A DNA stretch of 64,000 bases from Octopus vulgaris (GCA_951406725.2 OX597823.1:45384001-45448000); one strand, 5' to 3'; positions 1-13,355 are shown, numbered from the stretch's first letter. Made by a program: numbers and translations. Notes: generated by a model from the sequence alone, not told the origin.

Positions 1-165
1 CACTGCTGTCTTCACCTCGGGAGAGCAGGCAATGTCAAAGTTGGAGAGGAAATGATGGGATACAGCCACCAAAGCATCCTTTGGCCATCGTTGGAACCAA
101 TCCATTGTACAACCAGATATCAATCCAGGGAACTTCAGTGATCGACTGCGGAACTTTTCCCCAAC
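1..165 (-). CDS. DNAH5: Dynein heavy chain exon 15 (continues beyond window)
   Basis: [55 protein letters not shown]; tcaAG acceptor; CTxDWF..WP.DAL motif. Confidence 0.96.
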
Positions 166-608
166 CTTGAAAAACAGTAACAAACAGCAAAAACTAGAAT
201 AAGAAGTTTTTTTTGCCTGTTTTTTTTTTTTTTTCAACAGGGTCTAATCAGAAGATGAGTTGTACCCATGATTTTTTTCCCCTCTGCAGGACCTCCAAGA
301 TTTGTGTGTGTGTGAGGGTGGGTGGGGTGGGGTGGGGAGGAAGTCAAATATTGAGTAATCCTTAGACCACAAACCTAAGCCAGATGCTTGCAACAGAGTG
401 GGTACTGTGAAAGTAATTCAAGGGCCTGTTGGAATTATTAAACTAGGTGACAGATTAAAAGTACTAATCAAGAACAAGTGATAAGCTTCCAAACAATTTA
501 TTTTCACCTAATTTTACTCCTAGAATTTATACAGAACTAAAGCAATAGTAGATTTTTCCCTTTGCTCAGTGTCTTCTACCATAAGTCCAGCATTCTAAGT
601 ATTTAGAT

Positions 609-939
609 CAGTGGTTCTCAAATGGCATCCATATAAGATTTTAGGGGTCCACACAAGCAAAATAGTAAATTGGGGACCCACAAGTAATATTTTAAGGATC
701 CTTGAAAAATTTTGAAAATAATTTTGATTTTGATGTATTTATTACAGAAACAGCTAGGTTTCTTTCTCTAATGTTTTACATAGTTGAATTTACACAAGTT
801 AATGTGTGGAAAGCAAAATAGGAATTTTGAAAGAATTATCTATAAAATTAGATTTTAAGCACCAAGAAGCTATGGAAGTCCACCAGAGTAAAATAGTAAT
901 CAAAAGCATCCATATGTAAAAAATGGTTGAGAACCACTG
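609..939. mobile_element. hAT (Charlie-like) MITE
   Basis: TIRs CAGTGGTTCTCAA / TTGAGAACCACTG; 8-bp TSD atttagat / agttagat (7/8 match). Confidence 0.85.
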
Positions 940-1189
940 AGTTAGATTGAATATGGAGCCACGTGACTACAAAGCAGACTCTTAACTACATGGTCATAAC
1001 TGTACCATAAATATTCGTTTCCAAATATTAGATCATGAAGTATGAAATCTGTAGAAAAGAAAAAAAAGTTTGCTAATGTTTTATAAATACAAGGTTCCAA
1101 TTTAAATATGAACATTTTAAAGTGAAATGTTTTGCATAATTGAACAAGAGATGATCTAAGGTGGATTAATACAAAAGACAGGTACAAAC

Positions 1190-1354
1190 CGGAGAAAAAC
1201 AGAGAACAACATGAAGATTCTGTCGGATACGACTTAAGTAGTAATCATATAGGTTCTCATTTGTTGGTGGACGCCGAGGGAATTCTTTCTTCATTTGAAT
1301 TACAAGTTCCTGAAGGATTTCATCAATTTCTTCCCGAGCAAACAAGTTTGAAAC
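1190..1354 (-). CDS. DNAH5: Dynein heavy chain exon 14 (AAA4)
   Basis: [55 protein letters not shown]; tgcAG/GTttgt; 165 nt. Confidence 0.96.
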
Positions 1355-1935
1355 CTGCAGTGGTTGAAGAGGATGATATAAGAAAAAAATGAAATGTTTT
1401 ATGTTTTATATAATAATTAACAGAGAAAGACACAAGTGTAGATATTTATCTTCTAATGTTAGTCTTATTTAAATTGGCGAGCTGGCACAATTGTTACTCC
1501 ACCAGACAAAATGCTTAGTGGAAATTCTGATTTTATGTTCTGAGTTCAAATACCATTGAAGTTGATTTTACCGTTCATCCTTTTGGGCCGGTAAGGTAAG
1601 TACCAGTTGAGTACAGGGGTCAATGTAATCAACTTACCCCTCTCCTGAAATTTATGGCCTTGTGCCAAAATTTGAAACCAATATTAACCTTATTTCACCT
1701 ATATATTTCAACTTATTGAATTTATTAGCAAAATATCTGATATATCATATCCTTGTTTCTTCTACCTTTTTCTTCATTCAACCTAGTTTCAAATATTGAA
1801 TGCTGTGGATGTCTTGGATTTTCTATTATTCACACACATGTTCACACAAAAAAGAAAAAAATACACAATGATGGTTTGCTGCTACCTCTAGAAGTGTTTC
1901 TCAGGTGTGCATTCATGTATGAACATAGCCATGTA

Positions 1936-2073
1936 TCACCTGATTAAATATAATTATAATCTTTATTATGTATTAACAAATACTTTCCTTGCTTGTTATA
2001 AAGTGTGTGTGTGTGTGTGTGTGTGCATGTGTGTCTGTGTGTGTGCATGTGTGTATGTTGGTGTTTAAGAAGT
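1936..2073 (+). repeat. Direct repeat copy 1 (copy 2 at 5303-5444)
   Basis: tcacctgattaaatataattataatc...(TG)n...ggtgtttaagaagt nearly identical in both places. Confidence 0.9.
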
Positions 2074-2718
2074 TCCCTTTCCAATTGTATGTTTGTGGGT
2101 TCAGTCTCTCTGTGCAGCACTCTTAAGCAAGATTCTTCTATTGTAGCCACAGAACTTGTAACTGTATGGTAGATTTGTTGCAAGTATTACAAATAAATAT
2201 GATGTGACCTGATTTCTTCTTGAAATGCATCGCTCATAGAAGCTGAGGCGCCCATCTTTTGACATAGCTTGTGAGGTAAAATCTAGATGGCATTAGTCTT
2301 AGCAGAGTTGTAGCTATAACAGAATTGCCTTCATTTAGAGGAAATGGTCTTTCATAAAACAAAATCACCCAAAAGCCATACATAATTCTTATGACAGATT
2401 TGAAAAATGATATTGTTTATCTTTAAAGCATGTAAACAAAGTAAACATACAGTTAGGAAGAGATAGAGTGAGAGAGAGAGAGAGAGAGAGCAACACTGGG
2501 AAGATGTGATGTTTTTAGATCTTTAACCATAAGAGAGATTTTTTTTTCTCCATGGTAACTGCAATGAATGTCACAAACATATTTTAACTGAGCTAAAGTT
2601 CACTTATGCCTAAACACTACTTGGTGCTGATACTGTTGAACATACATACGTACTTGCATACATACATACACACATACAGACACATACATACAGATACATA
2701 CACATATATATGTGCATA

Positions 2719-3105
2719 TCTTTATATATAAAAGTAAGGTTGTGTGTCTGTCTCCTACGATTTAGGTTCCTAAATACTCCCACATTTTGCGGTGCAGTTT
2801 AACCAAAACCAGGTATCTTATAGTCGTGATTCATACTGAGCCCTTCTGGGTATTAGCGCGCGTCTACGATGAGTCTACGATTTTAAAAATAATTTACCAT
2901 CATTTTTTTCCATTTTAATGCATTTTTTCGCTATTATATAAGGGAAGTAACTCTCTAAAAATGTCTACGATGAGTCAACGATTTTTAAAAAGATTTACCA
3001 TAATTTTTTTTCCATTTTTAATGCATTTTTTTGGCTATAACTCTCTAAAAATGCTTTATAGTTATTTCCCTTACAAACCCAAGCAACGCCGGGTGATACT
3101 GCTAG
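2719..3105 (+). mobile_element. Non-autonomous Helitron-like element
   Basis: Inserted A|TC...CTAG|T; starts TCTTTATATATAAAAG; GC-rich subterminal cccaagcaacgccggg then gatactgCTAG; internal tandem duplication. Confidence 0.72.
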
Positions 3106-3124
3106 TATATATATATACATATAT

Positions 3125-3618
3125 TGAGGCAAGAGAAATCAAAATCAAATTCGATGACTGGCATCCATGCTAGTGGAGCACTAAGAGTACCATCCGAGCA
3201 TGCTCGTTGCCAGAGCAGCAAACTGGCTTCCTTGCTGGTGGCACATAAAAAGCACCATTTGAGTGTGATCATTACCAGTGTCACCTTACTGACACTTGTG
3301 CCGGTGGCACATGAAAAGATATTCGAGTGAGGTCATTGCCAAAGCCTCTGGACTGGCTCCTGTGCAGGTTGCATGTAAAAAACACCATTTGAGCATGGCC
3401 ATTGCCAGTACCACCTGACTGGCCCTCATGCCAGTGGTACGTAAAAGCACCCACTACACCCTCAGAGTAGTTGACATTAGGAAGGGCATCAAGCTGTAGA
3501 AACTCTGCCAGATCAGATTGGAGCCCGGTGCAGCCATCTGGTTTGCTAGTCCTCAGTCAAATCGTCCAACCCATGCTAGCATGGAAAGCAGACGTTAAAC
3601 GATGATGATGATGATGAT
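3125..3618 (+). mobile_element. 3' UTR copy of the same (GAT)n-tailed retroposon
   Basis: Shares the tandem units and the ccaacccatgctagcatggaaagc..gttaaacgatgatg end. Other copies ~33752-34163(-), 39080-39900(+), 45440-45850(-), 53520-53820(-), 58030-58210(+), 61960-62128(+). Confidence 0.75.
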
Positions 3619-4172
3619 ATATATATATATATATATTCTCTTAGGTTGGCTTTACTGATGAAGATTAGGTAGGCTATTGTCCATGTCATTTGTACACTTG
3701 TTCACGGCTAATAAGGCCGATGTAGGATCAACATATCCGATTGCAATGATAACAGATGTATGATTGTCCAGGGTCTGATGATGTAGCTGCATTATTTTTT
3801 CGCCTCTGACGTTTGTCTTCAAGAGAGGCACTGCGAGAGATCTCAAAGGAGGTCATCTCAGGCTCCTTGGACCTTTTCACCAACACTGCCTTCATACCAT
3901 ATATGGTAAATGAAAGATATTCGATTTATCTTACATTATCCAAAGCTTAGATGAAATTATTTTAAATGCTTATAAGCAAAATAAACTACAACTTATTTCT
4001 GAATCCTTAGCAATAGATTCTATTAAAATGAACAAGACTATTTCACCAGTATTCTTTCTACTGAAATAATTAAATTCTGGGATGTGTGAAGAATATATAT
4101 ACTATACCAAAAATAAAATACAGAAAAAAAACCCCCCACAAAGCATTGGTAATGGTGATGGATGGAACTAAC

Positions 4173-4326
4173 CTCTCCAGATGCCAGGATGTTGTTGAGA
4201 TATTCCAGAAAGGATTCGTCTTTGATTTCATTGTCTGTAAAGAGAAATGTGACGCTCTTGCCTTCTTGTCCAGCCATACGATAGAGGAATTTAAGGTCTT
4301 CCATCAGATTGGACACATTGTATGAT
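4173..4326 (-). CDS. DNAH5: Dynein heavy chain exon 13 (AAA4)
   Basis: (R)[51 protein letters not shown]; cttAG/GTtagt; 154 nt. Confidence 0.97.
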
Positions 4327-4793
4327 CTAAGAACGGAATTAATAATAATTATAATTTCACCAGAATAATGACAATGTGGTGGTGGTGGTGGTGGTGATAA
4401 CAACAGTGATGATCTTATTTGTTGTGGAGGTAGTGGCAACAACAGTAATATTGTTGGTGGGAATAATTACAAAATTGCCATTGGCGTTGGCACAGATGGT
4501 GGTGGTGCCACATGTAGTAGTGAAGTTCTTGTAGCGAAGGTGACTGGTGGTTATATTTTAATAGTAGTGAGGTTGGTGAGATGATGAAAATGAGGATGAA
4601 GAAAAGGGATGATTATTCTATGAATAAAAAAAGGTGTTCAATCAGGAAGATGATGAAATAAATACATACAAGAAAGATGACCCCACCCAAAAAAAAAACC
4701 CCAGTAAGGTAATAGATTGCCATGTAAGCATTAAAAAAAAGTTCAATGCCATTGCACAATCTGATTGCAACTCATGTGGTCTGTTTTACCCAA

Positions 4794-5186
4794 TCTCTCT
4801 ATATATAAAGCTGAAATTGTCTGTGTATGGCAGGTTTGGTAGCCTTCAACTAACACTATCTCCTCCGAGACCCTGTGGCACAAGTTGACCAAAATTGATA
4901 GTATGATAGAAGAAGGCTTGCTCTTCATTTCATAGAAGAAAAAATTCAAATCGGACCATGTTAACACCAAAAATTATTTACATCAAGAAGGTGCTTTTTT
5001 TTCTATGAAAATCCCTATATTTTACGATTTTTTGACTGCTATGTCACCACTTTTCGGTGTATTTCAACCAGAAAATTGTTTACTTAAAGTGAATAACAAG
5101 CTACATAATGCAAAATTTTCACTTTTCAAAAATTCTGATTCTAAAAGGTTGAAACAAACCCAAGCAACGCCAGGTGATACTGCTAG
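4794..5186 (+). mobile_element. Non-autonomous Helitron-like element (same 3' end, different body)
   Basis: A|TCTCTCTATATATAAAG...aaacccaagcaacgccaggtgatactgCTAG|T. Confidence 0.72.
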
Positions 5187-5367
5187 TGAATTAATAAAGC
5201 CTTCATGCTCTCTTTGACAAAGTAATATTCCATGATATTGCATAACACTAAGCTGTCATCTGAACAAGTATGAAGATGGAAACTAAGAAACCGCTTATTA
5301 TTTCACCTGATTAAATATAATTATAATCTTTATTATGTATTAACAAATACTTTCCTTGCTTGTTATA

Positions 5368-5398
<31 letters not shown>

Positions 5399-5893
5399 CA
5401 TGTGTGTGTGTGTGTGCATGTGTGTATGTCGGTGTTTAAGAAGTGGAGCGAGAGAAAATGATTGCAGCCAAATTGAAAAAAAGCCATCATGGGTAGATAA
5501 GTTGGATCCAACAGGAATGAAAATAAAATTATAAAGATTATAAAATTATAAAAAAAATAAAATATTTATACACTTTTAATATATATTAAACATGATAAGC
5601 ATAATTAAAGTGAGCTTTAAAAAAATTATCTGATTTCACTGAAATAAATAGTTAATTCTGGAACAGCCGGTATAGATGGCTCTACATGTGTATGTGCATG
5701 TATAATGTATGTATAATGTAAAATCAAGAACAGCTTAAAAAAAAACCAAACAGTATAAAGAAAATAAAACATGATAAATTCACTGTTTAATGTTTGAGAT
5801 GGGTATGGAATGTTATAACCTTTCAGATGTTAGTTGATTTTCAGGAGAAAAAAAAAGTAGAGAATGAGGGAGAGGGAGAGAGAGAGGGAGGGC

Positions 5894-5939
<46 letters not shown>

Positions 5940-6379
5940 ATGTAGTAAAAAGCTTGCTTCTCAACCACATCATCCCAGGTTCAGTTCCAATGTGTGGCAC
6001 CTTGGGCAAGTGTTTTCAACTATAGCCAAAGCCTTGTAAGTGGATTTGATAGACAGAAGCTGAAAGAAACCCATTGTGTGTATGTGTGTGTGTGCATGTG
6101 CGTGCACATGAATGTGCTTTTGTGTGAATGTATGTGTGTATCTGTGTGTGTTTGGGTGTGTCTATGTGTCTGTGTTTGTCCCCCCCACCACTACTTGATA
6201 ACTGGTGTTGGTGAGTTTGGGTCCCTGTAACTGAGTGGTTCAGCAAAAGAGACCAAAAGAATAAGTATCAGGTTTAAAAATATGTTAGTACTAGAGTTGA
6301 TTCAACTGGCTAAAATTCTTCAAGGTAGTGCCCCAGCATGGTCACAATCTAATAACTGAAACAAGTAAAATATAAAAGA

Positions 6380-7045
6380 TATTGATTTCAAATATTGACA
6401 ACAAAAGTACATGCGTGTGTATGTGGGGTGGCGTCAAGTTGATTATATCAACCTCAGTGTTCAACTGGTACTTATTTTACCAACCCCCAAAATGACGAAA
6501 GGCAAAGTTGACTCTAGGGGATTTTGAACTCAGAACATAATGGAAGAAATGTAGCTAAACATTTTTTGCACTTCAGTAATGATTCTGTAAGGTTGCTGCC
6601 TTAATATTATGATGAAATAAGGCAGTGAGCTGGTAGAAACGTTAGCACGCCGGGCAAAATACCTACCAGTATTTTGTCTGCCATTACCTTCTGAGTTCAA
6701 ATTCCACCAAAGATGACTTTGCCTTTCATCCTTTTGGGGTCGATAAATTAAGCACCAGTTACGCACTGGGGTCGATGTAATCGACTTAATCCCTTTATCT
6801 GTCCTTGTTTGTCCCCTCTATGTTTAGCCCCTTGTGAGCAATGAAGAATAATAAACGTTAGCACACTGAGACAGATGCTTAACAACATTTCATTGATCTC
6901 TATGTTCTGAGTTCAAATTCCACTCAGGTTGACTTTGCCTTTCATCCTTTCGGGGTTGATAGAATAGCTATCAGTTGAGCACTGAGGTTGTTTTAATTGA
7001 CTTGGCCCCTATGCTGGCTTTTTGCCAAAATTTGAAACCAATATT
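6380..7045. mobile_element. SINE family B: one minus copy head-to-head with two plus copies
   Basis: ~6380-6602 is reverse-complementary to ~6620-6850 and ~6855-7045. Confidence 0.75.
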
Positions 7046-7324
7046 AAGATGAAGTAATGGAAGGGAAACATGGAAGTTGGGGTATGGTGAAGCTGAGGAG
7101 AAATTCCTTTCTTTGAGAGGTGGTCAAGAAGTAAGACGGGGAGGTATAGGTGGTACAAGGGTCGTAGTGTGATCTTACTCAGCACTGACCATATGGGGAG
7201 TTGGTTCACGTGCATGAGTTTATTGAGGAGTAGATATATGTGCATATGTTTAACTCAAATGTGTGTTATTGTGGAAGAGCAGCAGAGTTGCCTAGAGCTA
7301 TTGTGCATTCAGGGATTACAAGTT

Positions 7325-7373
<49 letters not shown>

Positions 7374-7388
7374 CATGCATATAAATGT

Positions 7389-7438
<50 letters not shown>

Positions 7439-7493
7439 GTAAGAAATATTGAATTTCTAAATCTCTCGTAGAGACATGTACGGTGGTGGGGCG

Positions 7494-7730
7494 ATAGAAT
7501 GGTTGTATACTGTCAATCTACCAAGAACATGACAGTAGGGGTACACCACCGCTGTATAGCCCTAGGAAGCATTGAACGCCTTCTGATAGCTTTGACACAT
7601 ATATAAGGACACAGGGAAAAAATGTGTCAAAGCTATCAGGAGGCATTCGATGCTTCCTAGGGCTATACAGCGGTGGTGTACCCCCCTACTGTCACGTTCT
7701 TGTTAGATTGACAGTATACAACCATTCTAT
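7494..7730. repeat. Inverted repeat, ~107-bp arms, ~21-nt spacer, between (TA)n tracts
   Basis: 7494-7600 is reverse-complementary to 7622-7730 with a few mismatches. Confidence 0.9.
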
Positions 7731-8199
7731 ATATATATCATTATACATGCATTGTGTGTGTGCATTAATGCATGTGTATAGGAAGTGAATGGGGTTTATA
7801 AATCCAGGCAGATATCTATAAAGCACTCAGTGTTAAACGAATATAGTTAAATATATCCAACAATCAGATACCAATAAATTCATATAGAATTAATATCCGA
7901 GATAATTCTTCGTGAATGACAAGTAAATCTAAATATCACTTAGTTGGAATTTCAAGAATAAGAATGGATAAAATCACATCTTCAATTGGTGATTACACAA
8001 TACATTACCAACTGTTATTTCTTTTATGCCAGAATATTTAAATAGAGAAAAAAAAGGTATGAGATATCAGTCAAATTGATGTATCCAAAAATATATGCCA
8101 ACATAATGTTATGCAGGCCATCCAAAATTAGTTAAATTCAAAGTGAAATAACAAAATATCTCTAAAAGAAGAGCACATACAAAAAGAACATTAAGAAGT

Positions 8200-8608
8200 G
8201 GCATAGGAGTGGCTGTGTGGTAAGTAGCTTGTTTACCAGCCACATGGTTTCGGGTTCAGTCCCACTGTGTGGCACCTTGGGCAAGTGTCTTCAACTATAG
8301 CCTCAGGTCGACCAAAGCCTTGTGGGTGGATTTGGTAGACGGAAAACTGAAAGAAAACTGTCGTATATATGTATATATGTACATGTGTGTATATGTTTGT
8401 GTGCCTGTGTTTGTCACCCCAACATCGCTTGACAACTGATGCTGGTGTGTTTACGTCGCCGTAACTAAGCGGTTCAGCAAAAGAGACCGATAGAATATGT
8501 ACTAGGTTTACAAAGAATAAGTCCTGGGGTCGATTTGCTCAACTAAAGGCGGTGCTCCAGCATGGCCACAGTGAAATGACTGAAACAAGTAAAAGAGTAA
8601 AAAAGTAA
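8200..8608 (+). mobile_element. tRNA-derived SINE family A (representative copy)
   Basis: A box TGGCTGTGTGG, B box GGTTCAGTCCC, internal TA/TG tract, tail gactgaaacaagtaaaagag. Other copies ~5937-6378(+), 8911-9260(+), 12290-12441(+), 18455-18750(-), 34170-34320(-), 37630-38170(+), 53920-54075(+), 62960-63065(-). Confidence 0.85.
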
Positions 8609-8637
8609 GAAATATAATATTCTAAGAAAAGCTAGTT

Positions 8638-8707
<70 letters not shown>

Positions 8708-9294
8708 CGTGTAATTTTGGTCAAGATAGAACAGAATGATGCACTAAAGACAAAAATGGAAGAGCATTTTGACCAGTGGTGTATAACAACATTTGATAGT
8801 CTGCTCAACAATATGATACTGTGATATTGTGATATACAGTAAGATTGTAGCTTTAACAAAAGCATGTAAAAGATACCATAATAAACACAGTATAAGGAAA
8901 GAATACACAAGAGCAGTTGTGGCTGTATTGTAAGAAGCTTGCTTCACATCTAGAAGGTTCCCGGTTCAGTCTTAATGTGTGGATACTTTGGGCAAGTGTC
9001 TTCTGTTATAGTTCTGGAATCGATTTGGTAGACAGAAACAAAAAAATACCCATCGTGTGTGTGTGTGTGTGTGTGTGTAGATATGTACATACCTATGTAC
9101 TTCTTTGTGTTTGTATTTGTCTCTCACCTTTACTTGACAACTGGTGTTGGTTTGTTTACATCCCCCTAAATTAGCAGTTCAGTGAAGGAGACTGACAGAA
9201 TAAGTACTAGATTTCAGGAGAAAATAATACTGGAGTTGGTTCATTCAAATAAAAACCCTTCAAATGAGTAAATCAGGTAAAAGATAGCAGATGT

Positions 9295-9421
9295 CTACAT
9301 ACATACATGTATGTATGTATGTATGTATGTATGTATGTATGTATGTATGTATGTATGTATGTATGTATGTATGTATGTGTGTATGTATGTATGTATGTAT
9401 GTATGTGTCTATGTACATATG

Positions 9422-9466
<45 letters not shown>

Positions 9467-9470
9467 TTAC

Positions 9471-9551
<81 letters not shown>

Positions 9552-9690
9552 TATCATTATTGATCTTTGATGCTTATGTTAAAAAACTATAATCTTACCT
9601 TTATATGCACACACATATATGTATACATGTATGTGGGTGTGTATATATATATATATGTAGACATACATATATATACATATACATATATGT
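9295..9690. repeat. Compound microsatellite (TATG)n/(TA)n/(CA)n
   Basis: Direct reading. Confidence 0.95.
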
Positions 9691-10267
9691 AACACAACTA
9701 GTCATGCACATAGTATTTAGTACAGCACACATTAGTAGCTGCACTAACTACCATCTTTTATAATAAGGAAATGGGAAAGAAGGGATGGGGGAAAAATTGA
9801 TTAAGAAAGTGAGAAATATGTCATAAAGAAAAGCAAAAGGACTGAGTGAATGAGATAGACAATAATAGGGCAAGGAGTAAGTGAGGTAAGAAGAAGTATG
9901 AAGCAAGGGAGGGAGTATATAAAGAGAAAGGAAGGAAAGTGTACTGAGAAAAGAAAGTGAGTAAAAACAGTAAGAAGAGAAGGGGAGAGACAGAGAAGAA
10001 CCATATGGAGATGCGAAAGCATGAAAAATGAGAGTGGGATAGGCAGAGATAAAGAACAAATATATTGGAAGAATTAGTATGAAAAATGTGTGAGAATTTT
10101 AGGAAAAAATAATGGAAAATAATATTTTAAGTACAAAAAAAAAATGTTATTTTTAGTTATGAGTTTTATTTTTAGTTCAGATAGACAAAAATCAATTGAG
10201 TACCACCTTCAGTTTTATCATGCCAGGCTCTTCTCTGTTTTTAGATTTCTAGAATGTTCTCACTTAC

Positions 10268-10422
10268 CTGGAGAGGGTAATCTGAAAAGTCTTGAAACCA
10301 GCAATAAAAGAAGCAAGCCGAGTTAAACTCTGCTTGCCTGAACCACCAACACCAACCAGAAGAGCGTGGCCTTTTGTTGTTCGAATAATGCGCGAGATTT
10401 TCACAAGATGTGTCATGGCATC
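10268..10422 (-). CDS. DNAH5: Dynein heavy chain exon 12 (AAA4 Walker A)
   Basis: [51 protein letters not shown](R); tttcAG/GTaagt; 155 nt. Confidence 0.97.
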
Positions 10423-10771
10423 CTGAAAAAGAAGCATTAGTTACCCAACTATCTTAGAAGACTTCAATGAATTTGAAGACAAATCACAAGACAATTAATT
10501 ATCAAATAAATATCTTGTTACAATAAACGAGAGACTCCAGACAGATTGGAGACATGTTAGTAACATTCAATTAGATCAGTAAAACATTTTTAGTGTTACA
10601 TTAACAGAGAGCAGTAATATTACAGAAATTAGTTGAACGTCCATCTAATTGAATTACAGTGTTTGGATATAGCTGTCTGGGTTTCAAGTTCAAATCTTTA
10701 AAGGCCTGTCCCTGCCATTCATTCTTTTAGATTTCATAAAATAAAATTTGCTTTTAATATATTGGTTCTGA

Positions 10772-11712
10772 TAAAGCAGCAAGCTGGCAGAAATGTTAGC
10801 ACGCTGGGCAAAATGCTTAGCTGTATTTCGTCTGCCGTTACGTTCTGGGTTCAAATTCTGCCGAGGTCGACTTTGCCTTTCATCTTTTCGGGGTCGATTA
10901 AATAAGTACCAGTTATGCACTGGGGTTGATATAATCGACTTAATCCATTTGTCTGTCCTTGTTTGTCCTCTCTGTGTTTAGCTCCTTGTGGGTAGTAAAG
11001 AAATAGGTATTTCGTCTGTCTTTAAGATCTGAGTTCAAATTCCCCTGAGGTCAACTTTGCCTTTCATCCTTTTGGGGTCGATAAATTAAGTACCAGTTGC
11101 ATACTGGGGTTCGATCTAAACGACTAGCCCCCTCTCCCCAAAATTTCAGGCCTTGTGCCTAGATTAGAAAAGAATATACAGGTGCTGATAAAGCGGCAGG
11201 CTGGCAGAATCATTGGCACACTGGGTAAAATGCTTAGTAGCATTTCATCCATCTTTACATTCTGAGTTCAGATGCTGTCAAGGTCGACTCTGCCTTTCAT
11301 TCTCATGGGGGCAATAAAATAAGTACCAGTTGAGTACTGTGGGTCGATGTAATCGACTTACCCATCCCCTAAATTGCTGGCCTTGTGCCAAAATGTGAAA
11401 CCAATATATTGGGACTGATTAGGTTAAATGTGTCTTTCACCTACAAAGAATTAGCCATGTACCAAAGTAAGAAATCAATATTATTAGAAAGTAAAAGGTA
11501 GCAAGATCACAGAATCATTAGCACACTGGGCCAAATGCTTAACAGTATTTTGTTCATTTTTATGTTTTCAAATTCCATCAAGGCTGACTATACCTTTCAT
11601 CCTTTCAGGTGTTGATAAAATAAGTACCAGTTGAACATAGCAGGGTCAATATAATTGACTTAACCCTCCCTTGAAATTCCTGAATTTGTGCAAAACACTT
11701 GAAACCATTATT
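10772..11712 (+). mobile_element. Cluster of ~4 head-to-tail SINE family B units
   Basis: Repeated head gctggcagaa..ttagcac..gggcaaaatgcttag, B-box-like gagttcaaattc and core gactttgcctttcatcctttcggggtcgataaa..aagtaccagtt (recalls the Deu/Nin SINE core). Other copies ~1477-1685(+), 20755-21355(-), 44270-44455(-), 45141-45350(+), 57070-57215(+). Confidence 0.8.
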
Positions 11713-13355
11713 AGAAAGTAAAGACTGATGTTTCCTCACTCACAATTCTGTATTCAAATCCTTCTCAAGAACAATGAAGGAGTTGCCAGACAGTCATTTG
11801 GCATGCTTGAAACAGCAGGCAAGTCTTCCTTTGATTATACCCTACCATTGTGACAAGAGAGGAACAATAACAGATAATGCAATTCTTGATATAAAATGCC
11901 TGAGAGGAAGATAATGATGGCATGGCTAGAATCAGTCTGCCCTGTCACAGCTGAACTGCAGCTAAACAACTTTTTATTTAACCTTAATGGATATTGATTT
12001 CAAATTTGACACAAGGCCAGGATTCTCATGGATGGGGTAAGTGCACATTGACCCCGAAAGGATGAAAAGTAAAGTCAAATTTGAACTCAACGCATAAAGA
12101 TGGATGAAATGCCATTAAGCATTTTGCCCTTAACCTTAATGCACAGAGTGTCCATAAATTATCTTTACAACTTACATACTTTTAAAATCAATATTGTAAA
12201 AGTACTTTAAGGGCACCTTGTATATCAACAAAATAACTTCCAGTTAGATATTCTAGTTAGTTTAGCTGACTAAGTCTTTACTCTGAGATTCCTCTTCTAC
12301 TATAGCCTTGGGCCGACCAAAGCCTATAGAATAAGTACTAGGCTAACAAAGAATAAGTCCTGGGGTCGATCTGCTCGACTAAAGGTGGTGCTCCAGCATG
12401 GCCACAGTCAAATGACTGAAACAAGTACAAGAGTAAAAGAGATGCCTTGTTCTGTAAACTTTATATTTCATAATTTAAGTAAAAAGTGAATCTTATTTCA
12501 CATCTAAGATGAAATGTGTAAGCAAAGGCTTTCAATGCTCAGTACTGCTATAAAGATTGAGCTTTTGATTCTCTGGTCATCAGTCTTGCATCTTAATTTC
12601 CTAACCACTACCTGCCTGATTAGATGATTGCAAGTGCTTCTGTAGAACTTGGTTGGATAGGATACTATAAAGTGTGATCTAGAAAAATAGAATACAGAAG
12701 CAATATTTTTACTCAAGTTTAGCTGTAGGGCATGTAAAATTTTATGATATACCCCAAGGGACATTGAAGAAATTCTCTGTAGTTGAATGTGGAATTCACA
12801 ATTCATTAGATAAGTTACTAACCTTATTGACTTTGCACTGCATCCCAGCTCATACACACACACACACACATGCACACACATACATACACATATATACATA
12901 CACGCCTTAAAGCAATGCATACACACACACACACATACACACAGATATATACCATATAATAAATATCATCCTAAGAATTACATGAAGCCACAGTATTAGT
13001 ACATAATACTAGATTCTGTAATGCTGGGTGGATGATAAATCTTTTCTGGGTGGATACAAGCTTATTGCAGATAGCTTCCATAGACTGGTTTACTATCTCT
13101 AAAGTAGCATACGGGACATCTAGAATACAGTGGCTTGCCAAAGTATTTGTAGTAAAATACTTTATCTATTTGATTACTTTGCACAAGAGACTAGTCAATG
13201 CACAGGCACATTCATATTTAACAAGGAAATAATTATATAACATGAATTTCTGACAAAATTGTTAGAAATGTTCGAAATGAAGTTAATTTGCTTATCTTTC
13301 TGGAAATATTAACATAATGGCAGATATTGATGATACAAAAAAAGAAGTTGTGTAC

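Noticed and set aside
3230-3455. ~60-65-bp periodic repeats resembling a CRISPR array (also 25770-25985)
   Set aside because: The spacers are homologous to each other; these are tandem units in a retroposon 3' UTR in a eukaryotic intron, with no cas genes.
3650-3800. Two CTGATGA motifs next to a (TA)n tract
   Set aside because: No properly placed stem II-GAAA-stem III-UH, so not called hammerheads.
9260-9592. Overlapping ORFs rich in YI/HT/CV/MYVC (also 17227-17714, 55994-56693, 62381-62861)
   Set aside because: Translations of stop-free microsatellites, not genes.
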